Shown here: positions 10,501 through 18,364 of the stretch, in pieces
Numbering within the stretch: the first letter of the stretch is position 1
Layout: each line of letters opens with the position of its first letter
Source of the DNA: an uncultured Candidatus Saccharibacteria bacterium
GTDB lineage: Bacteria > Patescibacteriota > Minisyncoccia > Phycocordibacterales > UBA918
Assembly: GCA_964469295.1 (NCBI GenBank)
Contig: CAYXYJ010000001.1
Location: 34,334 to 98,333 of the forward strand
Length of the DNA stretch: 64,000 nt
Direction of reading: 5' to 3'
The notes under the pieces: generated by a model
Databases searched by the model: none
What the model saw: only the letters and a program-made list of their open reading frames with translations
What the model was told of the DNA's origin: nothing
Translations under genes and position numbers: made by a program

Positions 10501-10644
10501 TGTGGCATCTATGGTAACTTGCGCGGCTTCAACTATGACTGGACTAAATAAATATTGTAAAAAACCCCACTGCGATAAAAAAATTATCACAATCAAAAAG
10601 CCAGTTAATCCTTTACAGGCAAAAAGCGCTGGACACCTCCACAT
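4495..10644 (-). CDS. giant secreted surface protein (2049 aa): N-terminal BNR/Asp-box-like propeller region, two tandem ~351-aa modules, C-terminal A-type anchoring-like domain
   Basis: Signal peptide FLIVIIFLSQWGFLQYLF. The N-terminal region has Asp-box-like motifs (KTTTGGTSWNS, SNAWSNT, STSAMSSWST). A tandem duplicated module is present (NANTNLKNIKLRYDLDTTAPYDCTSESYSGSESQFGTTDADGFSG... then YHWRNDDGNETGATS...LRLRIGISNEG...YRLEFG...YCFRLT). The C-terminus ...SAQPAGDYETEIVYIALPVY matches the A1/A2 C-termini. Confidence 0.75.
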   Translation of the reverse strand: MWRCPALFACKGLTGFLIVIIFLSQWGFLQYLFSPVIVEAAQVTIDATTSTDANSYFFGGSQTVFVSDTVGYKFYRDSNGSCVYSKTTTGGTSWNSAVTVDARTDCGSMVVWYDQWTPGDSGNYIHIATMETSAAADSLYYNRLDTTSDTLWLGSSPVNATTNSGQVPTLAVGTNNITMTKSTTGDVLIATADASDAFVVHCSTTCNNTANWTEAGSAFLDVTNDWNLLVPLLGGKVMIINRDTSADDMRSRVWNGASWSGLWTTFDANAIENATYDTGMAATVDPVSGDVYLVYAADNDQFTTLDHDIRTAKYSSNAWSNTADVFTNIASRGLTMVAVSMDTNTNNIYVGYVLRTTPATATTGNVYWSTSTSAMSSWSTAQGPVNSTAGDFRGLDMNTMSDERIFISWYDPSPDDMFGDTIADIAPAVKVYANGTATSTVIASSSNVYVGGQYAIRESQASRNVTTITVTERGTVNANTNLKNIKLRYDLDTTAPYDCTSESYSGSESQFGTTDADGFSGSNGTSTFSGLVSISPTQSMCVYAVVDVSKTAVDGDTLSITIESPNNDVVVTGGQTVMPITAVQIASSTVIKNSKFTQTHYHWRNDDGNETGATSVTGGVQDTDLSTLLANSPRRLRVQVSNEGSITATTTRFRLEYATAAPTCEAAASWIDVNATNDAWNMYNSSFVTNGNNTTNIAVGNGGVTDENTTFLTPNDGIRDTSSETGSLTLTSTNFVELEFSIVASTSAHEGTTYCFRLTDNGQALPVYDRYPSATIAADVSVAATGTQVSSLIVPTTNAYVGGKFVIKENVSTRTVSNITIAEDGTINANTNLKNIKLRYDLDTTAPYDCTSESYSGSESQFGTTDADGFSGPNGTSTFSGSVGISTTTTMCIYAVFDVEAGAHNGETIHIGIQSPTNDVVVSSGSVSPSESITLTGTTTLSGSIITQTNYHWRNDNGNETGATSATLGMENTPLTNHSANTPIRLRIGISNEGYATSVSRTYRLEFGPKVTTCDMVAVWTPVGSATDDWDMYDSINITNGNNTTNIANGNGGITDENVNFLVSNAGVRDTTSTTTALVLATNEYTEFEFSITSTNITLVDSAYCFRLTGGGEMLPQYTNYAEIRTAPKRDFKVQQGVAVVTGTSTTLVAGVDYVAPSSTSTAFVRITDTHFTGAGKVTAGGGAQNADDTTAYISQSNLLTSFTISRPTTAINNTRVTWEIVEFIADPGTDNEMKVLGTGTMSLASASTSATGTTVSGVTDDADVVVFITGIQNRNTGRNFFYASQVTTNWDANNNLPTFLRGSTGAIVDVSYAVVEYSGINWNVQRIEHTYASSTITETEAMNPVNSLERTFIHAQKRISNLSNVNNFGHEVWLSSIGAVSFQLESAATTPSGHTSVAWVIENMQTSAGAMVTSREKLTIPSSNSEPYVLSQSIIDPVSATDNTSIFATSRVVGANSNFPLVFAGARITSTSTYEVWRSEASADMVFRSEIVEWPTSGLAVRQNYYRLYADNNTVTPTDPWPPGVTDLGENSPITVTDSPLGENEHVRLRMTLRVANATLPSGLYVFRLQYGLRTTSCATVGSWTNLGDAGSGELWRGYAATGTTDGVSIGSNPPNPGELLISVSDRVGSLIEDGTSPSNPYPVDAGEDVEYEWFVEQNGAAEKSVYCFRMVHADGTPLDGYFNYPQIRTAGFTPQTKNWRFYDDAQNETPATAMANEIVAPTEVQNGNVIALRVTVGEQKHVRGIDTKFSLQYDEDPNFTHPTTLVASSSCTATSTWCYADGGGQENATITTKVLSDADTCVSAVGSGCGTHNRSAVYAAGHTHNAGANAEYAFYLKHAAARAGAVYYFRLYDVYENLPVPAASGEVYPSLVAETPKLSFTVSGLPSGTSTAGVTTTVSTTPTAIAFGSIAPNTNVYAAHRIGITTNATDGYRIYTYARQQLINSYGVSIPSVTGSNAIPVGWSTGCTASATGCVGYHSTDATLLNGSTRFSPLDSYAGLHTALAEIMYSPIPGNESHDMLYRVLVRSAQPAGDYETEIVYIALPVY
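8003..8166. repeat. 164-bp near-identical direct repeat, copy 2 (inside the 2049-aa gene)
   Basis: Compared by eye with 9056..9219. It is identical except for one G/A difference (gggccc vs ggaccc, giving FSGPNG vs FSGSNG). The spacing is 1053 nt, equal to 351 codons. Confidence 0.8.
9056..9219. repeat. 164-bp near-identical direct repeat, copy 1 (inside the 2049-aa gene)
   Basis: Partner of 8003..8166. The flanking module homology is only ~60% at the amino-acid level, so this core looks recently homogenised. Confidence 0.8.
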
Positions 10645-10782
10645 GACAATATTTTGTCACAGAATGACTGATTTTCATATGTATAGACTGTAGATTTGCT
10701 GAATTAACAACCATCGTCACGCTAAACAAATTTAATCACATATCAAACCAGTAAATGATTAGATACTGAAAAATTAATTATA

Positions 10783-12411
10783 TTAAAAATCAGCCACATC
10801 AGCATTGATGACAAAATCATCAAAAGCTGGAACAAGGACATCCGGAATCGCCACCGATGTTGTCGCTATGGAAGTAGAGGTCGCTAAATCTCCCACTACT
10901 TCTAATATGGCCGGCGCCTGCATATCAATTGTCATTGTTGTGGTTCCGGTAACAATGGTTGGTGTAGCTCCAGCGTTAATGCCTAAATTATTTGTTGATG
11001 AAGCTACATCATCAAGGTTTTCGGTGGCATCATCACGGTTGGTGGGTTTTGGTTGTATCAAAGCTCTTGTTTCCCCGGTCGTATCTGGTTCTGGGATATC
11101 AGTGGGAAATGGCGCCGGTATTGACGCAAACGAGGTGATTTCACCAGTAATCAAATCGTATCCACGAGTAACCACATCACCATTATCCATGGCGGCATCA
11201 TAGACTAACACCATTCGTGGATTTGAAATTGCGCCACCGTTACTGTCAGATATAGTAGTGTATACGCCGGTCGCAATGTCATACACTTCAATTACCTTTT
11301 CTTCACCATTCATATGGTGCCACATCACGAGACCGTTTCGAATTACCGGTGCCAGATTGTGGGTACTTCCAGAAGTGAGTTCGAGTGTTTTTCCGTTATT
11401 ATATAACATAATTTGCCACGCATTATCTGCCCAATGTTGCCACACAATATCTATGCCAAAACGGTGGGGTTCCATATTGTTAGTAGTAGTATCAGTAATT
11501 TGAGTTTCAGTACGGGTATTTATATCGTACACCACGATTTGATATCTTTCGTCGACTAATCGATGCCACACAATTGAATTAGATATTTGATCGTAATATG
11601 GCGACGCGTCATCAACTGTATTAAAAGTAATTTGTGATAGCTGTCCGTCCTTTTGAATGTAAATTTCCAAATCACCATCAACATCCGGTAATGACAAAAT
11701 CGCATCCTCTTTTACCTGAGTTTTGTCTGATTTTTGACAATAATATGACCCATCTTCAACGGCGACACATTCGTCAGTTAAAAACGTTAATGCCCGATCA
11801 TTTTCTGCGATAACCGTGTTAGAAGACGAGGCAGATAAATCTCCCTCCAGATTTTCTGATGTTGTTGAGGTGCCCGTAGTGTCCACAACATTGTCAGCCA
11901 GTTCTGAGTCAACAGTTTCATCACTATTGGTATCTTGATTTTCCGATAGTGATTCAACATCAAAGACAGCACCACTAGTACCGGTGGCTGACTCGTCAGA
12001 TAGCACCTCTTCGGTTGTTATGGGTTCAGTGTCAGTAACTGGTTGATTCACTTCATCGACGACAATTGGTGAAGTTTCTTGAGCCAACACGTCTGTCGTC
12101 GACGGCGGTGTGTTTGTATCAGTATCTTCACCAGATTCGTTGGTGTTAATGGCTTCACCAGTAGCATTTGTCGATACACCATCATCGGCGCTAGAAACAT
12201 GGTTATGCTCCAGTGTATTATCAGTCACTACCGGTAATACTGGTGCTAAATTTTCAGTATCAACTATTTCATTAGCAAATACACGATCAACTGATTGTAA
12301 TGTAAAAGACACAAAAAGAGCCAGTACGATATACGCACTAAAGCGACTCGCATACACCCACCGATATAATGGTGATCCCCTCTCTGAATATTGCGTGATT
12401 TTCTTTTTCAT
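10783..12411 (-). CDS. membrane-anchored protein with acidic low-complexity region and C-terminal beta-propeller-like repeats
   Basis: 542 aa. N-terminal anchor FSAYIVLALFVSFTLQSV. It has a long D/E/T/S-rich stretch. The C-terminal half carries repeated Y-D-[IL]-x-T-G/IxxYD units (YDINTRTETQITD, YDIATGVYTTISD, GYDLITGEITSF) reminiscent of TolB/PD40-type propeller blades. Confidence 0.45.
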   Translation of the reverse strand: MKKKITQYSERGSPLYRWVYASRFSAYIVLALFVSFTLQSVDRVFANEIVDTENLAPVLPVVTDNTLEHNHVSSADDGVSTNATGEAINTNESGEDTDTNTPPSTTDVLAQETSPIVVDEVNQPVTDTEPITTEEVLSDESATGTSGAVFDVESLSENQDTNSDETVDSELADNVVDTTGTSTTSENLEGDLSASSSNTVIAENDRALTFLTDECVAVEDGSYYCQKSDKTQVKEDAILSLPDVDGDLEIYIQKDGQLSQITFNTVDDASPYYDQISNSIVWHRLVDERYQIVVYDINTRTETQITDTTTNNMEPHRFGIDIVWQHWADNAWQIMLYNNGKTLELTSGSTHNLAPVIRNGLVMWHHMNGEEKVIEVYDIATGVYTTISDSNGGAISNPRMVLVYDAAMDNGDVVTRGYDLITGEITSFASIPAPFPTDIPEPDTTGETRALIQPKPTNRDDATENLDDVASSTNNLGINAGATPTIVTGTTTMTIDMQAPAILEVVGDLATSTSIATTSVAIPDVLVPAFDDFVINADVADF

Positions 12412-12513
12412 ACTGTCAGTTTTTTACATCGCGACTTTAAAAAACCCCGCATTAGAATAATAATAGCAGTGTTCTGTCAATATTTTTTTACTGTTATCAA
12501 CACGTTTTTGCTT

Positions 12514-13251
12514 TTAATACGCTAGTTTTGTTAACAAAATCGAAAAATCTCTGAAATTCATGACTCCGTCATCATTAAAATCGTACACGGTTGAATGTTT
12601 TGTCCAAGCTGCCAAAAAAGCGCTCACATCAGCCAGTGAGACCTTGCCATCAGTAGTAATATCAAATTGGGTATTTACGGCCGTAATAATTGTATCGTTT
12701 TGATCATTGGTGTGTTTTACTTCAGCCGTTAAAAGACCAACATCTTTGTCAGCCAATTCTGTTCCTCGACCATCACCGGCTAATAATGATACCTTTTTAA
12801 TGGTAAAAACAGCTGAATCAAGTGAATCTGATACCACTTTCAGTGAAGCGATTTTATGCTTTCCGACAAATCCTTTACGGTACGTACCTCCTTCAAAATA
12901 AGCAACATGATCAGTCACAACTGGATCTTTTGTCCATAAGGTAATGACTGATTCACCTTTATCGATAGATTGTACGACTACCGAATTGGGGATGTTGATT
13001 TCTAAATTAACAGCATTTACCGGTTCTTTGGCGAATACATAAATATTCACCGTATATGACTGACCAACAAGTTGTTTGGTGCTGGGCACCTCAATAATAA
13101 CTCGAGTTTCAGCGTTACTTTGCAATACAGCTGCCAAACCTGAAGCAGCCAAAATGAAGAGAAGCCAAGAAAAGGTAAACCGTACGGTTGCTGTACGATT
13201 AGGATAAAAATTTTGAAAATACCGCTTTATCCAAGTGACCGCACGGTTCAT
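12514..13251 (-). CDS. cohesin-like domain protein with C-terminal dockerin
   Basis: 245 aa. After an N-terminal TM there is a cohesin-like beta domain (VIIEVPSTKQLVGQSYTVNIYVFAKEPVNAVNLEINIPNSVVVQSIDKGESVITLW...). The C-terminal part is a tandem EF-hand-like dockerin (DITTDGKVSLADVSAFLAAW...DFNDDGVMNFRDFSILLTKL). Confidence 0.6.
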   Translation of the reverse strand: MNRAVTWIKRYFQNFYPNRTATVRFTFSWLLFILAASGLAAVLQSNAETRVIIEVPSTKQLVGQSYTVNIYVFAKEPVNAVNLEINIPNSVVVQSIDKGESVITLWTKDPVVTDHVAYFEGGTYRKGFVGKHKIASLKVVSDSLDSAVFTIKKVSLLAGDGRGTELADKDVGLLTAEVKHTNDQNDTIITAVNTQFDITTDGKVSLADVSAFLAAWTKHSTVYDFNDDGVMNFRDFSILLTKLAY

Positions 13252-13934
13252 ATTGAAGTTAAATCTGCGCGTAAGTTTTCATTTTGCTTTGTCAAAAAGG
13301 TCATTTGATCACGAATATCCTGTACTTCAGTTAATGTAGCCTTGATTTCTGGTGACGTCGCCACTTTCCCTGACAGTAACGCTTCAATAATTCTGCCTTG
13401 ATGCAGAACGAGTGCATTGAAATGTTCTGCCAACAACATTTCATTATCAGCAATTTGCTGCCACTTTGTTACCTGCATTTCATGTTCAGTTTGACGTCCT
13501 GGAACAATACCTTCATAGAGAGCAACGTATTCTTGATACACCGACACTTCGCGCAACAACCGAGCGGCCATGACCGCTTTGCGGTCAGCGAAAAACCGAC
13601 CACATTTATAAAACAATGAATCAACCCGTTCTAAATCAGCTCTTGATAGACCATTAGATAATTGACCCAATAATTCATCGAATTGCTTTCGTTCTTCAAT
13701 AGCGCAATCGACAATGATTTTTTCAGTCACCGTATCAGCACCATTTTGTTTGGTTAAATCGGCCACTGTTGTAACCTCTCGTTCTTGATTAAGCAAGGCT
13801 AACTCTAGGGTGATTTGCGTTCTCTCAAGGGCTTCGGCCACTTCCCTGTCGGCATACCACATCATTAGAGCAAATACCATAATAACGGCTACGGCACCAA
13901 TAACATAATTTTTATGATTTTTGATTGTCTGCAT
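13248..13934 (-). CDS. membrane-anchored coiled-coil protein
   Basis: 228 aa. TM VIGAVAVIMVFALMMWYA is followed by a heptad-rich Q/E/L region. A 4-nt ATGA overlap with the downstream gene suggests translational coupling. Confidence 0.4.
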   Translation of the reverse strand: MQTIKNHKNYVIGAVAVIMVFALMMWYADREVAEALERTQITLELALLNQEREVTTVADLTKQNGADTVTEKIIVDCAIEERKQFDELLGQLSNGLSRADLERVDSLFYKCGRFFADRKAVMAARLLREVSVYQEYVALYEGIVPGRQTEHEMQVTKWQQIADNEMLLAEHFNALVLHQGRIIEALLSGKVATSPEIKATLTEVQDIRDQMTFLTKQNENLRADLTSI

Positions 13935-13935
13935 A

Positions 13936-15669
13936 TTATTCTACAAGATCAGTAACATCTTTCACTTCTTTATTTACACGTTGTTTTAGTGTGTTTAAAC
14001 CATCAGTCACTAATGTGATAATTTTTTCTTCACTGGTAGTTAATTTGTTAGTTTTTCTTGACTCAGATAATTCAACGACATACTCGTGTAAAGTTTTTTG
14101 TAATCTAGTAAATTCCGCACTAAGTACCGAAGACACTTCAACAGCTTCTTTATCAACATACTGACGCAAGCGTCGTACTCGATACCAGGTATACATGGTC
14201 ACGATAACCAACAATGCCAATAAGGCGATGAGTGGGATAAATACCGTTAAGAACGAAATAACATATGAACCAACTCGTAGTATACCACTTTGTTCGACTA
14301 ATAGTTTTACTGGCGCAGATACAACACTTTGTGCCCCATATTGATCTTTGGCTGAAACCGTAAGTGTATACACACCAGTAGCAAAAGCGTTATCAGGAAT
14401 AAATCTAAATTGACCGGATTCATCAGCAGTCACGGTATAGTTTTTTGGTTCAACACCAGTTTCAAAAACAGTAATAGTCACTTCAGCTCCACCGCGAGTT
14501 TTACCGGTTATGGCGGGAATAATACCGGGCGGAATACGGACGGGTACATCCAGTAGCACCGGAGCATCAAATGCCTCAATCGTAATTGACAGGTTGGCAA
14601 AAGCGCTATTGCCAGCTTCGTCAATCGCTTCAATTACAAGGTTATGGGCTCCTGGTGCCAGATCAGTTACCGTTAGAGAATTTTTGTTGTCGGGATTAGT
14701 AAACTCTTTTATTTCTCCACCATCAACTTGCACTTTGAATGTTTTAATTGGCGCACCATTATTGCTCGTCGTGGTTGCAATAATTGTTTGGCTTGGATTG
14801 GCTAAGTTATTGTCAGGAGCAAGACTAACCGAAAAATTTTCCGGCGCACTGCCATCCACGGCCAAACGATAATGCGTCACCTTACCCCAACCGTCAGCAT
14901 TTTTAAATTGAATATGAAGATACGAAATACCCTCATCCAAATCACGAAGTGTCAGTGATGAGATTGGCGTGTCGTATACTTTGGTGGGAATAGCGGTCGG
15001 GTTACTATCTAAACTGGTACGCACCGCCGTCACTCCGGCTGGTACTGTCCACGTTAACTCAGCGGTGGTACTTTTTGACCAACCATCAGCCGGATGAGTG
15101 ACTGAAGTAACTTTGGGAGCGGTCGGTGTATTCGCTGATGGCACAAATTCCACGACAACTTCTGGCGCGGGGGCCGAACTGGCAGCGGTGACGGTGTAGG
15201 TTCCGCTATTCATATTTGTTAGCACATTTGTACCACGACCATCAGCAGCAAGCACTGAACCACCTGACATCGTAATCCGCGCTGTTCCTGCTACTAACGT
15301 ACGGAACGTTACTGTCATAATGGTACCAGCGGCACCAGTATATCCGCTTGGCGAACCACCACTAAAAGTGATAGTGCCAGCACTATTAGAAAACGTGGGT
15401 TCAGTAGTCCATAGTGAAAAAATAGAACTCCCGCGAGAAACTGCTACAACCGATAATTGGGACGGATCAAATGATACGGTGCCGTCAGCAGCGTTAATTG
15501 ATTTTCCACTCGTATTAACTAAGACCGACACGGTAAATGTGTTACCAATCGTATAGACTCCGGTACTAGGTGACACCGACACTGACGCAGCGTTCACTGA
15601 TACACCAACCCCCAAACCAGCAAATATCACCACGAAAAATACTATTGTTTTATACAAAGAACGAATCAT
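13936..15669 (-). CDS. membrane-anchored cohesin-like scaffold protein with Ig/FN3-like domains
   Basis: 577 aa. The N-terminal domain AASVSVSPSTGVYTIGNTFTVSVLVNTSGKSINAADGTVSFDPSQLSVVAVSRGSSIFSLWTTEPTFSNSAGTITFSGGSP... matches the cohesin pattern. The C-terminus has a TM (FLTVFIPLIALLALLVIVTMYTWY) and a coiled-coil tail. It is a paralog of 50054..51616 (shared SLWTTEPTFSNSAGTITF). Confidence 0.6.
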   Translation of the reverse strand: MIRSLYKTIVFFVVIFAGLGVGVSVNAASVSVSPSTGVYTIGNTFTVSVLVNTSGKSINAADGTVSFDPSQLSVVAVSRGSSIFSLWTTEPTFSNSAGTITFSGGSPSGYTGAAGTIMTVTFRTLVAGTARITMSGGSVLAADGRGTNVLTNMNSGTYTVTAASSAPAPEVVVEFVPSANTPTAPKVTSVTHPADGWSKSTTAELTWTVPAGVTAVRTSLDSNPTAIPTKVYDTPISSLTLRDLDEGISYLHIQFKNADGWGKVTHYRLAVDGSAPENFSVSLAPDNNLANPSQTIIATTTSNNGAPIKTFKVQVDGGEIKEFTNPDNKNSLTVTDLAPGAHNLVIEAIDEAGNSAFANLSITIEAFDAPVLLDVPVRIPPGIIPAITGKTRGGAEVTITVFETGVEPKNYTVTADESGQFRFIPDNAFATGVYTLTVSAKDQYGAQSVVSAPVKLLVEQSGILRVGSYVISFLTVFIPLIALLALLVIVTMYTWYRVRRLRQYVDKEAVEVSSVLSAEFTRLQKTLHEYVVELSESRKTNKLTTSEEKIITLVTDGLNTLKQRVNKEVKDVTDLVE

Positions 15670-16694
15670 ATAATTTCATTTATCTCGTCGGTGATAGTTG
15701 TCGTCGCTTGTTTTTTCAATCTTCGACGTCGCCAGAAAATCACACTAATAATAATTAGAATAACAACAAACAAACCACCAGCTCCAATAATCAAAAAGTT
15801 GGTTGCGTTTTTATACCATGGCATAGAAAGGCCTTGTGGGGCTAACGTGGCCACATATTCATTTCCAGCTTTATCAATAGCTCGAACTCGAATGATACTT
15901 CGTAATGTCTGATCTTTAAGCACGTATGGACTACGCACTTCAGCCCATGGAGCAGTCGCCGCTCCAAATGAAAACCAATTAGCTTCTTCAGTGGATTCTT
16001 CTAGCACCTCGTAGTGACTAATGCCAGTTTGTTTGTCGGTAGTGTTAAAAACAATGAAATATTTATTATCAAACGCATAATTGTCTTGCTCAAGTGAAAT
16101 ATCAAATGGTTCTGGAGTGATGGTATCTTCGGCTACAGTATCGCGCCAACCATCAATAATATCCGAGCCAACGAAACTATTAAGTGTTAGCGTGGTGCCA
16201 AGTGTAGTCATAGTTGCCGCTGTACCAAAACCATCGTTTAAATATGCCGTTGTTTCTGGGGCAAAATTAACAGCAGCCATACCAGCCGATTCACCGCCGC
16301 CGATTTGCAATCCGGGTGAGCGAAATACGATTTCAGCCACCACATTAGTCAAACGAGGGTCACCTTCTATTCGTCTGCAATAACCATTGGGAATACCGCC
16401 AGCAAAAGTGATGGTACGATGTTCTTTATCAATCTTTGGATTTTCAACCCACACTGGGAAAATTGACCGACCAATTGACACATCAACGGGAACGATACTT
16501 GCATCATAGGTTACCACACCGTCAATCGCATTAATACATTCACCTTCAGCTTCATTAGTGTCCACTCGTAACGCTATCGTTACCGCATCACCACGATTTA
16601 ATGTGGCGGTTGGCGGATCCATATATAATGTCGCGGCCATTACTGGTGCACAAGACACAGACCAAAGAACTGCTCCAATTAAAAATTTCCACAT
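15666..16694 (-). CDS. cohesin-like domain protein with C-terminal TM anchor
   Basis: 342 aa. Signal peptide WSVSCAPVMAATLY. The domain ...DAVTIALRVDTNEAEGECINAIDGVVTYDASIVPVDVSIGRSIFPVWVENP...ITFAGGIPNGY fits the cohesin pattern. C-terminal TM LIIGAGGLFVVILIIISVIFW is followed by RRRRLKK. A 4-nt overlap with the upstream gene is present. Confidence 0.5.
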   Translation of the reverse strand: MWKFLIGAVLWSVSCAPVMAATLYMDPPTATLNRGDAVTIALRVDTNEAEGECINAIDGVVTYDASIVPVDVSIGRSIFPVWVENPKIDKEHRTITFAGGIPNGYCRRIEGDPRLTNVVAEIVFRSPGLQIGGGESAGMAAVNFAPETTAYLNDGFGTAATMTTLGTTLTLNSFVGSDIIDGWRDTVAEDTITPEPFDISLEQDNYAFDNKYFIVFNTTDKQTGISHYEVLEESTEEANWFSFGAATAPWAEVRSPYVLKDQTLRSIIRVRAIDKAGNEYVATLAPQGLSMPWYKNATNFLIIGAGGLFVVILIIISVIFWRRRRLKKQATTTITDEINEII

Positions 16695-16749
16695 ATCCGT
16701 TAATGTTAGTATACGTCATCATTTACCGCAAAAAGTGAATTTTACACAA

Positions 16750-16784
16750 AGCAAAAACCCTACTCGTGGTGGGAGATAGGGTTA
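16750..16784 (-). terminator. rho-independent terminator downstream of A1
   Basis: The minus-strand transcript reads AACCCTAtCTCccaccacGAGTAGGGTTTTTGCTTTG. That is an ~8-bp stem with one bulge and a 7-nt loop, followed by a U5 tract. Confidence 0.5.
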
Positions 16785-16818
16785 TTTGCATATTACTCCA
16801 AGCTTGGACCAATATTCT

Positions 16819-18024
16819 TTAGAACACTGGTGTTGCTACGTATGTCAGCGTAGCGGTATAGTCGTCTCCGGCTTCTTGTAGATCTGAGATTTCAACTTTG
16901 TATCCAACGCGCGTTCGACCGATATTTGCAGTCGTTCCGTCTGATGGACCATCATGTCTGAATACCTCAACCGGTGTAGTTGAAGCAGAAACAAATAATT
17001 GTCCTGTTCCTCCCACATCAAACGGATCATCAAGATTTTCCGTTAACGTCTCATCTTCAGTTGTCAGACCCCAATGTCCCCAAGTGTCTTCATCACTAAT
17101 AGATTCTGAAGGTTGTACCCACGTCACAGGTGTCGTGGTATATGCTCCATCAATAAATCCATCAATATCAGCACCCGTTGATGACAATAATTGTTGGTCT
17201 ACAGCCACCGTAACAACGAATCCATAGCTGGCGTTAGTTGCTACTGATAGCTGTTGAGCTGCGGTTGAAGCAGTCCCAGCTTCCAAGACTCCAAATGGAA
17301 TCGCCGTAGCGGTGGTATCGCCGGTGATTAATTCGCTATTTACATAGCCACCCGCGTTTACTCCATCAACGGTAAAAGTGAAACTGGTATCAACTGAAGC
17401 GGTGACAACGACTGGTGACACGATCGCGACTCGAGTAGCTCCAGTATCTGTTGCTCCGGCTTCAATGTTAATCTCATATGAACCAACCGTAGGATTAGTA
17501 ATCTGATTTACACCAGAAGCACCAAAAGTGGCATTTGTTCCAATTTCAATGGTTGTTGTCCCATTAACTGGCAGTGAGCCCCCATCACCAGGACAGAAGG
17601 TCAGAATGATTTCATCAGACAAAGCTGAAAAACCAACTTGTTCTGATCCGGTACAGTCAGCAGCCACATCAAGATCGGTAGCGTCATCAGCAATATCAAC
17701 ATCTTCATAGTCCACCGCACCAAGTACGAATGGTCCATCGGAAAAGTCGATAGTGATAGAATCCCCTTCTGCCACTCCTGTTGGAGTAACAAATGTGATC
17801 GTGTGATTGGCACCAACTGATGGTGCTGAATCTGATAATGTATCACTTACTAATTTGACATTTGCGGCTTCCGCAAAGCGAAATGTAGGCACTCCGAGTG
17901 TCCACATAAGGACAGTGAAAGTAACTACAAAAGCCACAGCTTGGAGTAGACCGAACGTGGTTTTCGTTCTACTCATGTAACTACTACGTTGTATTAGCCT
18001 GACACTGCCGTATCTGAAAAACAT
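16819..18024 (-). CDS. A-family secreted surface protein A1 (S-layer-like/WxL-like candidate) with conserved C-terminal motif ...AGDDYTATLTYVATPVF
   Basis: 401 aa with a signal anchor (LLQAVAFVVTFTVLMWTLGVPTF). It is acidic and T/G/A/V/S-rich. It shares long blocks with 56947..58074 (GTNATFG..G.N.ITNPT.GSYE, TSFTFTV, WGHWGLT, C-terminal LQEAGDDY..(L)TY(V/I)ATP.F). It has its own terminator and a 445-nt upstream leader. Confidence 0.7.
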   Translation of the reverse strand: MFFRYGSVRLIQRSSYMSRTKTTFGLLQAVAFVVTFTVLMWTLGVPTFRFAEAANVKLVSDTLSDSAPSVGANHTITFVTPTGVAEGDSITIDFSDGPFVLGAVDYEDVDIADDATDLDVAADCTGSEQVGFSALSDEIILTFCPGDGGSLPVNGTTTIEIGTNATFGASGVNQITNPTVGSYEINIEAGATDTGATRVAIVSPVVVTASVDTSFTFTVDGVNAGGYVNSELITGDTTATAIPFGVLEAGTASTAAQQLSVATNASYGFVVTVAVDQQLLSSTGADIDGFIDGAYTTTPVTWVQPSESISDEDTWGHWGLTTEDETLTENLDDPFDVGGTGQLFVSASTTPVEVFRHDGPSDGTTANIGRTRVGYKVEISDLQEAGDDYTATLTYVATPVF

Positions 18025-18296
18025 TTACAGCAACGCACAGCGCGACCCTGCATCGTTCGTGAGTGTGGTCTCCACCCCACTTCCCAACTATTGAATGAAA
18101 GGCATATCAAGTCTGTAACACCGGCTGAGTGCCCTCTTACGCGACGAGAGCAGCGTCACTAAAATTTGACACCTCCAAACTTGATACAAATTTATTGTAC
18201 ATGGTAATGATTGCTAAGTCTGTCGGTTATACACAAAAGATTGCAGCCATTATCACTCGCTCACAGAAAAATAATATTCTGTTGATATGTTGGCAC

Positions 18297-18364
18297 CTAT
18301 CCCTTCACTACATATTCGTAATGTAGTCGCTTGGCAGGGAATGGAGAATATGTAGTGAAGGGAT
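18297..18364. promoter_or_regulatory. 22-bp perfect inverted repeat (cctatcccttcactacatattc / gaatatgtagtgaagggatagg) with a 24-nt loop in the long A1 upstream region
   Basis: Seen directly in the sequence. No U-tract follows on either strand, so it is unlikely to be a simple intrinsic terminator. It may be a leader-RNA structure or a protein-binding palindrome. Confidence 0.45.

Noticed and set aside
18297-18364. 22-bp perfect hairpin as an intrinsic terminator for the dockerin gene 18469..19593
   Set aside because: No U-tract follows the stem on the minus transcript (or T-tract on the plus strand). I kept it as a generic regulatory/RNA-structure element instead.
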